From positions 112,642 through 176,641 of the IMG/VR virus record IMGVR_UViG_3300012943_000028: a stretch of 64,000 nucleotides of DNA; one strand, 5' to 3'. The stretch comes from a virus. Lineage: Duplodnaviria; Heunggongvirae; Uroviricota; Caudoviricetes. A model generated the notes under the pieces. It did not search any database. It was given only the letters and a program-made list of their open reading frames with translations, and was not told the DNA's origin. The translations under genes and the position numbers were made by a program. The stretch's first letter is position 1, and each line of letters opens with the position of its first letter. This document shows positions 1-8,539 of the stretch, one piece after another.

Positions 1-157
1 CGATGCGGTACCAGGCAAGGGCGATAGAGATGATGAGGCCTTGGCGCTGCTTACGCTTGCGCCACCACATTCCCTTGAGGGCGAAGAAGTTGCCGACGTA
101 CAATGGGTTTGAACGATCAAGCTCTTTTTCAATGTTGACAGGGTAGAACGTCAGCAT
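1..157 (-). CDS. hypothetical protein (partial, runs off window start)
   Basis: Manual translation from ATG at 157: MLTFYPVNIEKELDRSNPLYVGNFFALKGMWWRK..., open to position 1; the start overlaps the stop of 151..657. Confidence 0.5.
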   Translation of the reverse strand, partial: MLTFYPVNIEKELDRSNPLYVGNFFALKGMWWRKRKQRQGLIISIALAWYRI

Positions 158-657
158 GAACGAGCGAGAGCCTCAGAGTAGCGAGGTTCTGCGAGACCAG
201 TCCCATATGCCCACTCAAAGCCAGAGTAGACACGGTAGCCGTAGCTGCCGATCTCAAGGCCACCAAGCTCGAGGTCAATGCCGTCGAGGGTGTTCACCTC
301 AGTACCACCGAGAAACGCGTGGGCATCATACAGCACGTGAGAGAAGTCGATGGTGCCGTACTCACACAACTCTACCTTGAAAAAGTATGGGTGATGGTGA
401 ACTGACTTCACCACATCGTCGAAGCGAAAGCACGGACCGGCCGAGACATACTTTCCAGGCTTGATCTTTCGGTTCACCATGAGGTCGATAAAGCCCTGCT
501 CTGCCGAACCAACGAGATACCCACCGTGGCACTTCTCAAGCGTGCCTGGAAAGGTGACGGCCTTTATGTGCTGGTGAACTACCCATGGGGTGTCCACGTA
601 TTTGTAGCCGAGCTTCTCGTAGAACTTGATAGCGTCGGCGATGCGTTGATAATTCAT
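151..657 (-). CDS. minimal class II aminoacyl-tRNA synthetase-like catalytic domain (SerRS-like)
   Basis: Motif 1 FYEKLGYKYVDTP, SerRS-like YLVGSAE, motif 2 GPCFR, motif 3 GTGLAEPR; 168 aa with no tRNA-binding domain. Confidence 0.75.
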   Translation of the reverse strand: MNYQRIADAIKFYEKLGYKYVDTPWVVHQHIKAVTFPGTLEKCHGGYLVGSAEQGFIDLMVNRKIKPGKYVSAGPCFRFDDVVKSVHHHPYFFKVELCEYGTIDFSHVLYDAHAFLGGTEVNTLDGIDLELGGLEIGSYGYRVYSGFEWAYGTGLAEPRYSEALARSC

Positions 658-905
658 GTTCGTGGTTGGCGGGTGCCGTCTTTGAAGGCTCGTTCAGTTA
701 CCTCTTGCATCTTCAAGAGGTCTTCAAGCGTGAATCCCATTGTCTCTGCAACACCCTTTGCGGCGCCGATGATGTCGGCGAGCTCACAGGCTGCCATGAT
801 CCTGTTGCCCTGTGCTATGGCATCTTCTAGCTCTTCGAGCTCTTCACGAATCTTCGATGGTTTTCCGAACTCACCGCGTGGAATCTGCGCTAGGTGGTAG
901 CCCAT
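654..905 (-). CDS. MazG/HisE-like all-alpha NTP pyrophosphohydrolase
   Basis: Start re-called at ATG 905 (MGYHLAQ); KIREELEEL...ELADIIG acidic metal motif; 83 aa; ATGA overlap with the next gene. Confidence 0.7.
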   Translation of the reverse strand: MGYHLAQIPRGEFGKPSKIREELEELEDAIAQGNRIMAACELADIIGAAKGVAETMGFTLEDLLKMQEVTERAFKDGTRQPRT

Positions 906-1386
906 GGTGTTTTGCCAATGCACGAATGTAGGTAATGAAGTCGTCGAAGTTGTCAACGAGCCCAATGGTCGCACGATCGCAGATGATCTCGACATTGCCC
1001 CTGCGCCAGAAGCCCTGAGGGCAACACACGATCGTGAGTGGCCTGGAGTTTCCCATCCCAGCGATGTAGCCAAGCTCCATCAACGTGATCGGAGACTTGG
1101 TGTTGGGATCGAAGTAGAATGCGGCGATGTCACAGGTGTAGATGAGATTGTCCAGTTCCCAGTTCACCTGCTCGGAGAAACGAGGATCCGACATGGACTG
1201 CTTGATGCTGCTGTCCCAGTCATCACGCCGGGGATTGAAGAACACCACGCTCTCGTTGAGACACGCGGCCTTTACCCGATCTTGCCAACGCTCGGCGGTG
1301 TCCATCTCAATGGAACCGCCGAGAAAAACCTTTGGCCAAGAGTTGTAGTGGCCATCGACCTGGTTTGGGGGTTGGACTTCAATCAT
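871..1386 (-). CDS. nucleoside 2-deoxyribosyltransferase-like protein
   Basis: KVFLGGSI, WQ, NPRRDDWD, QVNWEL and SPITLMELG motifs of the NDT-like family. Confidence 0.8.
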   Translation of the reverse strand: MIEVQPPNQVDGHYNSWPKVFLGGSIEMDTAERWQDRVKAACLNESVVFFNPRRDDWDSSIKQSMSDPRFSEQVNWELDNLIYTCDIAAFYFDPNTKSPITLMELGYIAGMGNSRPLTIVCCPQGFWRRGNVEIICDRATIGLVDNFDDFITYIRALAKHHGLPPSADSTR

Positions 1387-1392
1387 GCCGCT

Positions 1393-1422
1393 ATTCTATC
1401 ATCAGGCCTTGCCGGCGAGAAC
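1393..1422 (-). promoter_or_regulatory. putative early promoter (probably leaderless transcript)
   Basis: GTTCTC-N18-TAGAAT with TG extension; -10 box ends 7 nt before the ATG at 1386. Confidence 0.45.
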
Positions 1423-1665
1423 TGCCTGTGGACCTGCCTTCTTCATGCGCAGGTAGACACCACGTGGAGACATCGGGTCGATCACACGGGCATTGCGGGC
1501 AACGTGATGAACGATCTCTACGCCGCTTTCGTCGAACTTGCCGGTCTTGATCTCACGATCACCCTGCTTGACCGTTCCGTAGCGGGTCCAAGGCTCCTTG
1601 ATCAAGTCCTTCTTCACCATCTGACGGACCAACATGCGGAGGGCTTTGGCTTTCTTGAGGTTCAT
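1402..1665 (-). CDS. hypothetical basic protein
   Basis: ATG at 1665 (MNLKKAKAL) preceded by AAGGA; 87 aa. Confidence 0.6.
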   Translation of the reverse strand: MNLKKAKALRMLVRQMVKKDLIKEPWTRYGTVKQGDREIKTGKFDESGVEIVHHVARNARVIDPMSPRGVYLRMKKAGPQAVLAGKA

Positions 1666-2236
1666 TTGTATTTTCCTTATTTTCGATTGGGGTACCATCG
1701 TACCAAAATTCTTTGAACTTGAGCATATCTTCAAGCAGCGCAATCCGAACACCATTTGGTTTTGTTGCATCATCTGCATAAACATGCATCATGCGACACA
1801 CATCATTCGAGTATGGTAAGTTGATCCAGGCTGATGTTGCGCAGTAAATCGGGGTGTTGTTCCACTTGAAGATCAGGAGTGGCTGCTTACCTACCTTTGC
1901 AGAATCTTCTTCGGCTTCCCTCATCCACTTATAGATGTTGGCCTTACCGTTGAGAAGAGATGGAAATGGATCGGGGGTTTTGTAGAACTTTGTTTCGATG
2001 CCCCACTTGAATTTCACACCCGCTTCACGCTCGTTCACAGGAACGACGTCGCCAACGAACAACTTCAGTGCATCTGCACCGAACATCTGCCCGATAGTAT
2101 CGAAGTTCTTGCCACCAACCCTGGCACCAGAACCCTGCGTTCTGATGAACTTCAACGGTGGTAGCGCAGCACCTAGAATCTTAGCAACAGTCGATTCGAA
2201 GCCGTTACCTTTCGCTTTACCGCCACCCGGTCTCAT
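1559..2236 (-). CDS. Holliday junction resolvase (Hjc-like PD-(D/E)XK)
   Basis: KAKGNGFE, RTQGSGA, GDVV, IETK and PLLIFK motifs; GGAG RBS. Confidence 0.75.
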   Translation of the reverse strand: MRPGGGKAKGNGFESTVAKILGAALPPLKFIRTQGSGARVGGKNFDTIGQMFGADALKLFVGDVVPVNEREAGVKFKWGIETKFYKTPDPFPSLLNGKANIYKWMREAEEDSAKVGKQPLLIFKWNNTPIYCATSAWINLPYSNDVCRMMHVYADDATKPNGVRIALLEDMLKFKEFWYDGTPIENKENTNEPQESQSPPHVGPSDGEEGLDQGALDPLRNGQAG

Positions 2237-2402
2237 TTTGGCTCCTTATCTAGAAGGGCGTTTTTGTGTTTACCAAACACAATGCACGCATCATTGATGA
2301 GTCGATTCTCATCAGTAGTAAGTCCATTATGATCGAGAGATTTGACTGGGCCGAATACTATTTTCGCAGCCTCAGTCAAAAGCTCATTAAGCCTTTCATT
2401 TG

Positions 2403-2774
2403 TCATGCAGCCATGTCCTTGGACAGAGCGCTGATACCGAGGAACGAAAACTCGGAAACATTGCCATCCTTGTCAATCTTACCAGTTCCCATTGGACGGA
2501 AGACGATCTCACCGGCGTCCATGAGCTGCTTCAGCGTCTCACCACCTGGTGTCTTGAGAACCGTCATGTCACCGACGAGGTATCCATCTTCAACACGAAG
2601 GTTGTTGACAGCATGGGAAACCTCAAGGAGGTTGATCGGCTGCTTGAAATCACGATCGCCGATCGTTCCATGTATTGCGCCCTTCACGAGTGACACGGCT
2701 TCAGTCATTGCTGCGGTCGTGTAGACACGGCCGTTGCGGTTTTTCTCGTCGAGCTTTTGAATCAAAATCTTCAT
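2403..2774 (-). CDS. prohead core protease (T4 gp21/U9)-like paralog, apparently inactive
   Basis: KNRNGRVY, VSH, L.TPGGE.LK.L..G and G.G match gp21-type proteases, but GELxHP is GTIGDR and GVSSRG is VFRPMG. Confidence 0.65.
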   Translation of the reverse strand: MKILIQKLDEKNRNGRVYTTAAMTEAVSLVKGAIHGTIGDRDFKQPINLLEVSHAVNNLRVEDGYLVGDMTVLKTPGGETLKQLMDAGEIVFRPMGTGKIDKDGNVSEFSFLGISALSKDMAA

Positions 2775-2992
2775 TGGTCCTCCGTCCAGCGCTTGCCGCA
2801 CAACGTGCAGTCAAACTCTTTCCAGTAGCTGTCGGCAGATGGGTCGTAGTTGCCAGTGTTGGAGCGTGGTGTGATGCTCAACCCTTCCTTTGGGTGGGTG
2901 CACTCGGCCTGAACTGCAGCAAGTGCAGCGGTTGCATCTGCGATCATGCGCTTGGCATCATCTGCTCGCTGCTTGATGGTTCTGTTGGTCAT
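2771..2992 (-). CDS. small zinc-ribbon-like protein
   Basis: CTH...CTLCGKRW; ATG 2992 overlaps the gp46 stop. Confidence 0.6.
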   Translation of the reverse strand: MTNRTIKQRADDAKRMIADATAALAAVQAECTHPKEGLSITPRSNTGNYDPSADSYWKEFDCTLCGKRWTEDQ

Positions 2993-4746
2993 GCGGCTTC
3001 CTCTAGCTCTTCTTGTCCAACCACCCTCGAGAAGCCGTGCTGCTTGCGGATCAACAATGAGTGATCGAAGCGGCCGACTGCCTCTGGGCGGTGCGAGATG
3101 ATCCACAGCGCAAGGTCCTCATCACGTGACTTAGTCTTCAACAGCTTGAAGACGCTCTCGACACCTGGTGCATCAAGCGATGCATCGATCTCGTCGATGA
3201 ACAGGCAGTTGACGCGAGAGTGCAGGTGGTGCAGCACGTCACGGAACGCCAGCGAGAGTGAGAGGTTGACGCGCTTCTTTTCACCGCTGGACAGGTTGCC
3301 GAAGTCAAGCTCACGTCCCATCTCAGCGACGGTGCAGCTCATATCATCGTCGAACTTGACGATGTGCGGCAGACCAAGCTCCTTGGTGTAATGGATCAAC
3401 CGATTATTTAGGAATGGAATCGTCCTGTTGATGATCCTACGGCGGATGAAGGAGTTCTTGTCGGTGAGCAGCTTGAGCAGGAACTGCTGATGGTCGGCCT
3501 CCTTCTTCAGGTGGTCAAGCTCCTCATACGAAATCTTCTTGACGGCCTGGTTCTTGAGCGCCTCGTAGGCGTCCTCATGTGGATTCTCGGCCGCCGCCAG
3601 CTCATTGATGCGCTGCTGTGCGGTCGTTGCAGACGTCTCAGCTGCCATGGCCTCAGCAAGGTTCTTGTACTTGGTGATGCCCTTGGCCTCATCACGCTGT
3701 GCCTCGGCGCCACGCCTCTCATCCTCGAGAGCGTCAAGCGCTGCCTTCAGCTCATCGACCTTGAGAGACTTGTTGACGAGCAGCTGCTCCTTGGCAGCCA
3801 GCTTTTCCTGTGCGCCAGCGTATTTCTGCAGGCAGTATGGGCACTGATCATCCTTGAGGTGCGTCAGCTCATCAGAGAGCTTCTTAACCTCTGTCTGTTG
3901 TGCAACCCAGTCCTTGCGAGTGGCGCTGATCTTGCTACCGAGCTTGTCAATCTCCTTGATCTGCTCAACGATGAACGTGTGCAGGCCCTTCTCGACCTCG
4001 AAGTCTACCGTCTCAGACAGCTCGAGCGAGCTCTTCAGGCTGACAATCTGTGTTTCACGGTCACGTTCCCACTTCTCAACACGGCCCTTGGCAGCCTCAA
4101 GCTGCTTATTGAAGACCTGAGCTTGTGCTTCCTGTTCCTTGATGACGGCTTCCTGGATGGCGATCGAGCCATCAGTGTTGCGGATCATCTCCTTCAGCTT
4201 CACGGCCTTTTCAGATAGCAGCGTGATGTTGAAGAGCTCTTCGATCTGGTTGCGCTGCTGAGAAACAGGCATCATGAGGAATGGAACCGAGTTGCCCGAG
4301 AACACCACGATCTTCGTGAAGAGCTCGTACGAGATGCCAACGATCTCCTCAATCAGCTTGTCATTCTCGGCAACCGAGTCAAGCGTGATGAAGTCGTTGT
4401 TCATCTGGATGTAGATGTTGTACTCCTCACCACGCTTACGGTGAACGATGTACTCGTCATCACCCTTCGTGAAGCAGAGCTTCACCTCCATCATTGTGTT
4501 CTTGGTGGCGTTGGTAGAGTTGATCAGCTTCTGCAGACCAATGTTGTCGAACGGCTTGTTGTAGATGGCGTAGCAGATCGCATTGATGATCGTCGTCTTG
4601 CCAGCCCCGTTGTTGGAGCCAGTGTCGAGGTTCTCACCAATGATGAGCGTTGATCCCTTGCCGCTTAGGTCGATCCTCGTGAGGATGTTGCCGAAGGAAA
4701 GGAAGTTGCGGATTTCCATCCACTTGAAGGTTAGTGGTGTGCTCAT
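2989..4746 (-). CDS. recombination endonuclease ATPase subunit (T4 gp46/SbcC/Rad50)
   Basis: Walker A NGAGKTT, coiled coils, CPYC zinc hook, LSSGE signature, FIDE Walker B, ISH. Confidence 0.95.
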   Translation of the reverse strand: MSTPLTFKWMEIRNFLSFGNILTRIDLSGKGSTLIIGENLDTGSNNGAGKTTIINAICYAIYNKPFDNIGLQKLINSTNATKNTMMEVKLCFTKGDDEYIVHRKRGEEYNIYIQMNNDFITLDSVAENDKLIEEIVGISYELFTKIVVFSGNSVPFLMMPVSQQRNQIEELFNITLLSEKAVKLKEMIRNTDGSIAIQEAVIKEQEAQAQVFNKQLEAAKGRVEKWERDRETQIVSLKSSLELSETVDFEVEKGLHTFIVEQIKEIDKLGSKISATRKDWVAQQTEVKKLSDELTHLKDDQCPYCLQKYAGAQEKLAAKEQLLVNKSLKVDELKAALDALEDERRGAEAQRDEAKGITKYKNLAEAMAAETSATTAQQRINELAAAENPHEDAYEALKNQAVKKISYEELDHLKKEADHQQFLLKLLTDKNSFIRRRIINRTIPFLNNRLIHYTKELGLPHIVKFDDDMSCTVAEMGRELDFGNLSSGEKKRVNLSLSLAFRDVLHHLHSRVNCLFIDEIDASLDAPGVESVFKLLKTKSRDEDLALWIISHRPEAVGRFDHSLLIRKQHGFSRVVGQEELEEAA

Positions 4747-5777
4747 AGTCTCTGGTAGATGTCAATCAAACGGGATGGGTCGATGGTGCTGGTGCCGGTC
4801 ACGCCAGCTTGCAGCATGCCAACAACGGCGTCGTTCAGTGATGTGAGGTCGAAGTCCTCAATGCTCTCACCTTCAGTCAGCGCATCACGACGCTCGTAGA
4901 GGTTCTCCTCAAGAGAGAACTCACGAAGGTTTAACTCCTTCGTCATCTCATCACGCAGCGCCTGCGCATCTGAGTAACCAATCTCAGCGTCGATGATGCA
5001 GCGCACTCGACATTTCTCTGGGAACTCAAGCATGGAACCGTCGAAGATGGCCGACAGCTTCACCTTGCGGTACTTCGGACAGTCTTCCCAGTCGATGAAG
5101 TCAACCTCATCAGTCTCTGTGTTGAGGACGCACATGCCACGCTCGTCGTCCCATGCATCGCCGTAGTCCATTGGGAAGCAGTTGCCGATGTACACGACGT
5201 TGTCGCAGGCCTGACGCTTGTGGAAGTGGCCTGAGAAGATGTACGTCGGTCCTGCAAACATCGTGTGCTCAGGGCCGTGCTCCATACGGCGGTCTGAACC
5301 CGTGACGACGAAGTTGCGGAACTCGAAGTGACCCATCCAATATGGAAGGTTCGTGTGCTTCACGAGATCGGCGTACTCGTCCTTGAACATGAACGGTGCG
5401 AGCAGCAGCTTGTCCTCAATGACAATAGGATCGTTCACGAGGTTGATGTTCTTGAACTCACCGAAAACCTTCGTCGAGTAGACGCTGCGGTTCTCACGGT
5501 GATAGAGGTCGTGGTTGCCGATGATGATGTACACGGGCAGGCCAAGCGAGTTCAGCTCAATGAGCGCCTCATGGGCGCAGTTGAGCGTCATCACGTTGAC
5601 TGAGTTGCGGTTCTCAAACCAGTCGCCCATGAAGACGACGCGTGAAATCTCTGGGTCCTTGCGCACGTTTGCGCAGAACCAACGCACAAAGTCCAGGCAA
5701 TCCTGGTTGTGTTGCACGGAATTGTTCTTCTTGCCGAAGTGAATATCCGTGAACATCGCTACTTTCTTTAGCGACAC
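4743..5777 (-). CDS. recombination nuclease subunit (T4 gp47/SbcD/Mre11)
   Basis: Metallophosphoesterase motifs TDIHFG, GDWF, GNHD, GHF and SGHFH; adjacent to gp46. Confidence 0.95.
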   Translation of the reverse strand: MSLKKVAMFTDIHFGKKNNSVQHNQDCLDFVRWFCANVRKDPEISRVVFMGDWFENRNSVNVMTLNCAHEALIELNSLGLPVYIIIGNHDLYHRENRSVYSTKVFGEFKNINLVNDPIVIEDKLLLAPFMFKDEYADLVKHTNLPYWMGHFEFRNFVVTGSDRRMEHGPEHTMFAGPTYIFSGHFHKRQACDNVVYIGNCFPMDYGDAWDDERGMCVLNTETDEVDFIDWEDCPKYRKVKLSAIFDGSMLEFPEKCRVRCIIDAEIGYSDAQALRDEMTKELNLREFSLEENLYERRDALTEGESIEDFDLTSLNDAVVGMLQAGVTGTSTIDPSRLIDIYQRL

Positions 5778-5779
5778 GG

Positions 5780-6589
5780 CTACTTCCTCTTGGCTTGCTT
5801 CTTTGCCTTTTTCTTGGCAACCTTCTTGAGCGGCTTCTTGACCACCTTCTTCGCCTTCTTTTTAGGAGGCGCTTCCACCTTCGGCTCTTCTGGTGGTTTT
5901 GGTTTGATGGTCAACTGCTTAGTGATCGGATCGTACTCGTACTCACTCGGCTTGTAGACCTTCACTGGACCTGGGTTCATGTCCTTGAAGCGGCTCAGAC
6001 GCTTATCGCCTGGCTTGCCAGGATCCATCATGGAGAACTGCTGTTGACCATACGATGGGTTGCGGACTGGAGCAACAGGCGCACCAGCATGGGTCTCTGG
6101 CATTGTGAGAACAGAACCCTCAGTCTCGAGGTGGTTTTCACCGCTGATCACCGTATCGTCTGACATGTTGATCGTTGAATCTTCGGCCTGCTTTCCAGCA
6201 TTCTCGAAGCCATACGATGGGTTGAAACCCGACTCTACGAGGAGCGTGTCCCTGATTTTGCGATGGTTCTTCTCTTCCGCCATGTACTGGAGGAATGAGT
6301 GGTAGATGCCCGTCGTATAGTAAGCAAATGGATTGCTTGACTTTTCTGGATCGAACTTCAGCGCATTGTTGCAGAGGTTCGTGACAGCAGACGCCACCAT
6401 ATCCTCACGGTACGAATACCCGATAAAGTTGCCCTTATGGGAGTACCGCTCAGCAATCATCCAGATCATCTTGATGAGCTTCTCGGTTACCTTGCCAAGC
6501 TTCTTAGCTTCAATTACGGCAGGTAGGAGATCAGCATTTCGTACGTAGTGGCCTTCAGTAGAAGTACTTTTGGCTCTTTTGATTTTCAA
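5780..6589 (-). CDS. late-transcription sigma factor (T4 gp55-like) with Lys-rich C-terminal tail
   Basis: HYVRNADLL, NFIGYSYREDM and KFDPEKSSNPFAYYT match gp55; start re-called at TTG 6589 after a GGAG RBS. Confidence 0.85.
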   Translation of the reverse strand: MKIKRAKSTSTEGHYVRNADLLPAVIEAKKLGKVTEKLIKMIWMIAERYSHKGNFIGYSYREDMVASAVTNLCNNALKFDPEKSSNPFAYYTTGIYHSFLQYMAEEKNHRKIRDTLLVESGFNPSYGFENAGKQAEDSTINMSDDTVISGENHLETEGSVLTMPETHAGAPVAPVRNPSYGQQQFSMMDPGKPGDKRLSRFKDMNPGPVKVYKPSEYEYDPITKQLTIKPKPPEEPKVEAPPKKKAKKVVKKPLKKVAKKKAKKQAKRK

Positions 6590-6628
6590 ACTATGTCTCC
6601 AGGACGTTGACGCCAGGAGATAGAGTGC

Positions 6629-6657
6629 ATTATACACCATACCGCTGGCTGGAAAAC
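6629..6657 (-). promoter_or_regulatory. early/sigma70-type promoter for the gp55-gp47-gp46 operon
   Basis: GTTTTC-N17-TATAAT. Confidence 0.6.
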
Positions 6658-6683
6658 TACTGTCCGGTGAAGCTACCCTGATT

Positions 6684-6691
6684 GATAAATA
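6684..6691 (+). promoter_or_regulatory. gp55-type late promoter
   Basis: GATAAATA upstream of the structural module. Confidence 0.6.
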
Positions 6692-6723
6692 CCTTGCTCG
6701 ACAACGCAACGTCAGGATTCTCA

Positions 6724-7392
6724 ATGAGCTCAACCCCAAAATCGAAAGCTGAACCTAAAAAGGAACTTCCTCCTGTAGGTTCAAAGAAGGTTGCCGTCGT
6801 CATTGGACGCTTCAACCCTCCAACGAAGGGTCACTATGCTGTGGTCGATCAGGTCAAGAAGTTCATTCGAAAGAATCCAGCGCTTGGTCTGGAGGCTGCT
6901 CCTGCGGTTGTCATCATTGGTGGTAGCAAGTCGGACGCTGACAAACAGCGTAATCCTCTTTCGGCCCATGATCGTCAGATATTTATGAAGGCCTCCGGCC
7001 TGGCAAATGGGGTTAACTTTTCAACCGCACCTAACGCCTTTGCTGCATTTGCGCAGCTGCGCGAGGCAGGTTATGAGCCGATTGCAGTCGCCGCCGGCGA
7101 GGACCGTGCTGAGGACTACCTTCGCATCCTCAACGGTTACTTCAAGGACGGCGAGAAGCCGATCAAGCACTACAAGATCACGCTAGCCCGCACAGGTGAA
7201 GATGGTGATGGCGTGCTGAAGAAGATGAAGAAGAGCGGTGACGTCGATGTCAGCGCCGTATCTGGATCAATTGCACGCCGTGCTGTTGAGCTTGGCTATC
7301 TGCCTGAGTTCACGAAGATCGTCGGGCTTGAGCACAAGCCGGCCCTCGCAAAGAAGCTGTTCGACAAGATCGCAGCTGCCATCAAGGAGTAA
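6724..7392 (+). CDS. cytidylyltransferase/NMNAT-like (HxGH) nucleotidyltransferase
   Basis: GRFNPPTKGH, RNPLS, AGEDR and VSGSIAR motifs; start re-called at ATG 6724. Confidence 0.8.
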   Translation: MSSTPKSKAEPKKELPPVGSKKVAVVIGRFNPPTKGHYAVVDQVKKFIRKNPALGLEAAPAVVIIGGSKSDADKQRNPLSAHDRQIFMKASGLANGVNFSTAPNAFAAFAQLREAGYEPIAVAAGEDRAEDYLRILNGYFKDGEKPIKHYKITLARTGEDGDGVLKKMKKSGDVDVSAVSGSIARRAVELGYLPEFTKIVGLEHKPALAKKLFDKIAAAIKE

Positions 7393-7395
7393 GCT

Positions 7396-8538
7396 GTGGG
7401 CCCTGGATCAACATACGTTCCTAAGAAAGGCAACGCACCAGCTGGATCACCAGCAACGACAGTTGACGTTCAGAACTCGCAGGCCACAACGAACTACACG
7501 ATCCCAACTCAGGGTCAGCAGACGGTTGAGCTCGCCAACAAGGTGATCGCCCAAGGAAGTGCGGCTGGTCTCAAAGCGCTCACCAACAAGGTAGACGTCA
7601 CCCAAGTAAATGGAAGAATGGTGGCAACTGCTGTTGGCAGCACGCCGCAGGGCATCGCCGCAGCCGCAAAGGTCGCAGACATTGGTGCAGCGCCAACGAA
7701 CTCTACGCCAGCGTCGACGACACGCTTTGAGCCACATGACGACAACACGCAGATTTACAAAGTCACGCTCATCTCTCAGGTAGATGGTGAGATGATCACG
7801 TTCGAGGCAATGCCAGAAATTGGTGAAGCACAGTCAGCTCAGTACGATGAGTTCAACCCGCTCCAGCACCCTGGTTCAATCCTTAAGTACCGTGGCACTG
7901 GCAACCGTGAGTGGCAGGTAACAGTCAAGCTCGTTAGCCGCACTGCAAGTGAGGCCACGAAGAACCTCGACAAGGTAAACCTGCTTCGCTCATGGGTGAT
8001 GCCGTACTACGGTCAGGGAACCGCAAACGATCCAGAGACGTCTCAGTACCTCGGCGCTCCGCCACCTGTACTGACGCTCAGCGGATATGGTCCTCACGTG
8101 ATTGGTCCAGTGAAGGTAGTTCTTGCAAGCTACCAGTGGAACTGGCCTAACGACATCGACTACATTCAAACGAACGACTCACCACCAGTTCCGTTTCCAG
8201 TGCTCGTCAACGTGACACTCACGCTAAAGGAAGCTTGGTCGCCGCGCGAGTTCAGCTCGTTCGACCTCAAGGCTTTCCGTCGTGGTGAGTTGCCAACTGC
8301 ATACCAGTCAAGCACATCAAGCCCACAGAACAGTAAGACAGCACCAAGCGCAACGTCAGGCAACGCTTCGGCAATCGATCCATCAGAGGTGGCAGCAACA
8401 ACACAAGAGCAGCGAGTGGCAGCAAGCAATGCCGCAAACACGGTGGCAAGTGGCAACATCTCAACGGCTCAGAAGAGCGTTGTTCAGAAGGGCAGCGCTG
8501 CCATCTCCAACACCGTAAAGAACTTGGGTGGAGGCTGA
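7396..8538 (+). CDS. baseplate tail-tube initiator/cap protein (gp48/gp54-like)
   Basis: Central domain with GAPPPVLTLSGYG and VNVTLTLKE typical of contractile tube initiators; position in the baseplate operon. Confidence 0.6.
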   Translation: MGPGSTYVPKKGNAPAGSPATTVDVQNSQATTNYTIPTQGQQTVELANKVIAQGSAAGLKALTNKVDVTQVNGRMVATAVGSTPQGIAAAAKVADIGAAPTNSTPASTTRFEPHDDNTQIYKVTLISQVDGEMITFEAMPEIGEAQSAQYDEFNPLQHPGSILKYRGTGNREWQVTVKLVSRTASEATKNLDKVNLLRSWVMPYYGQGTANDPETSQYLGAPPPVLTLSGYGPHVIGPVKVVLASYQWNWPNDIDYIQTNDSPPVPFPVLVNVTLTLKEAWSPREFSSFDLKAFRRGELPTAYQSSTSSPQNSKTAPSATSGNASAIDPSEVAATTQEQRVAASNAANTVASGNISTAQKSVVQKGSAAISNTVKNLGGG

Positions 8539-8539
8539 T

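Noticed and set aside
151-905. Z-genome (PurZ/MazZ/DatZ) pathway suggested by the MazG-like gene
   Set aside because: No PurA/PurZ or HD-domain dATPase in the window; the neighbour has class II aaRS motifs instead
2237-2402. Intergenic gap as a possible tRNA or ncRNA
   Set aside because: No cloverleaf, T-loop motif or strong stem found; contains only a CATAAT -10-like box
904-4218. Long + strand ORFs 904..1716 and 3490..4218 and similar antisense ORFs elsewhere
   Set aside because: Shadow frames of clearly assigned opposite-strand genes, explained by codon bias; no motifs or RBS
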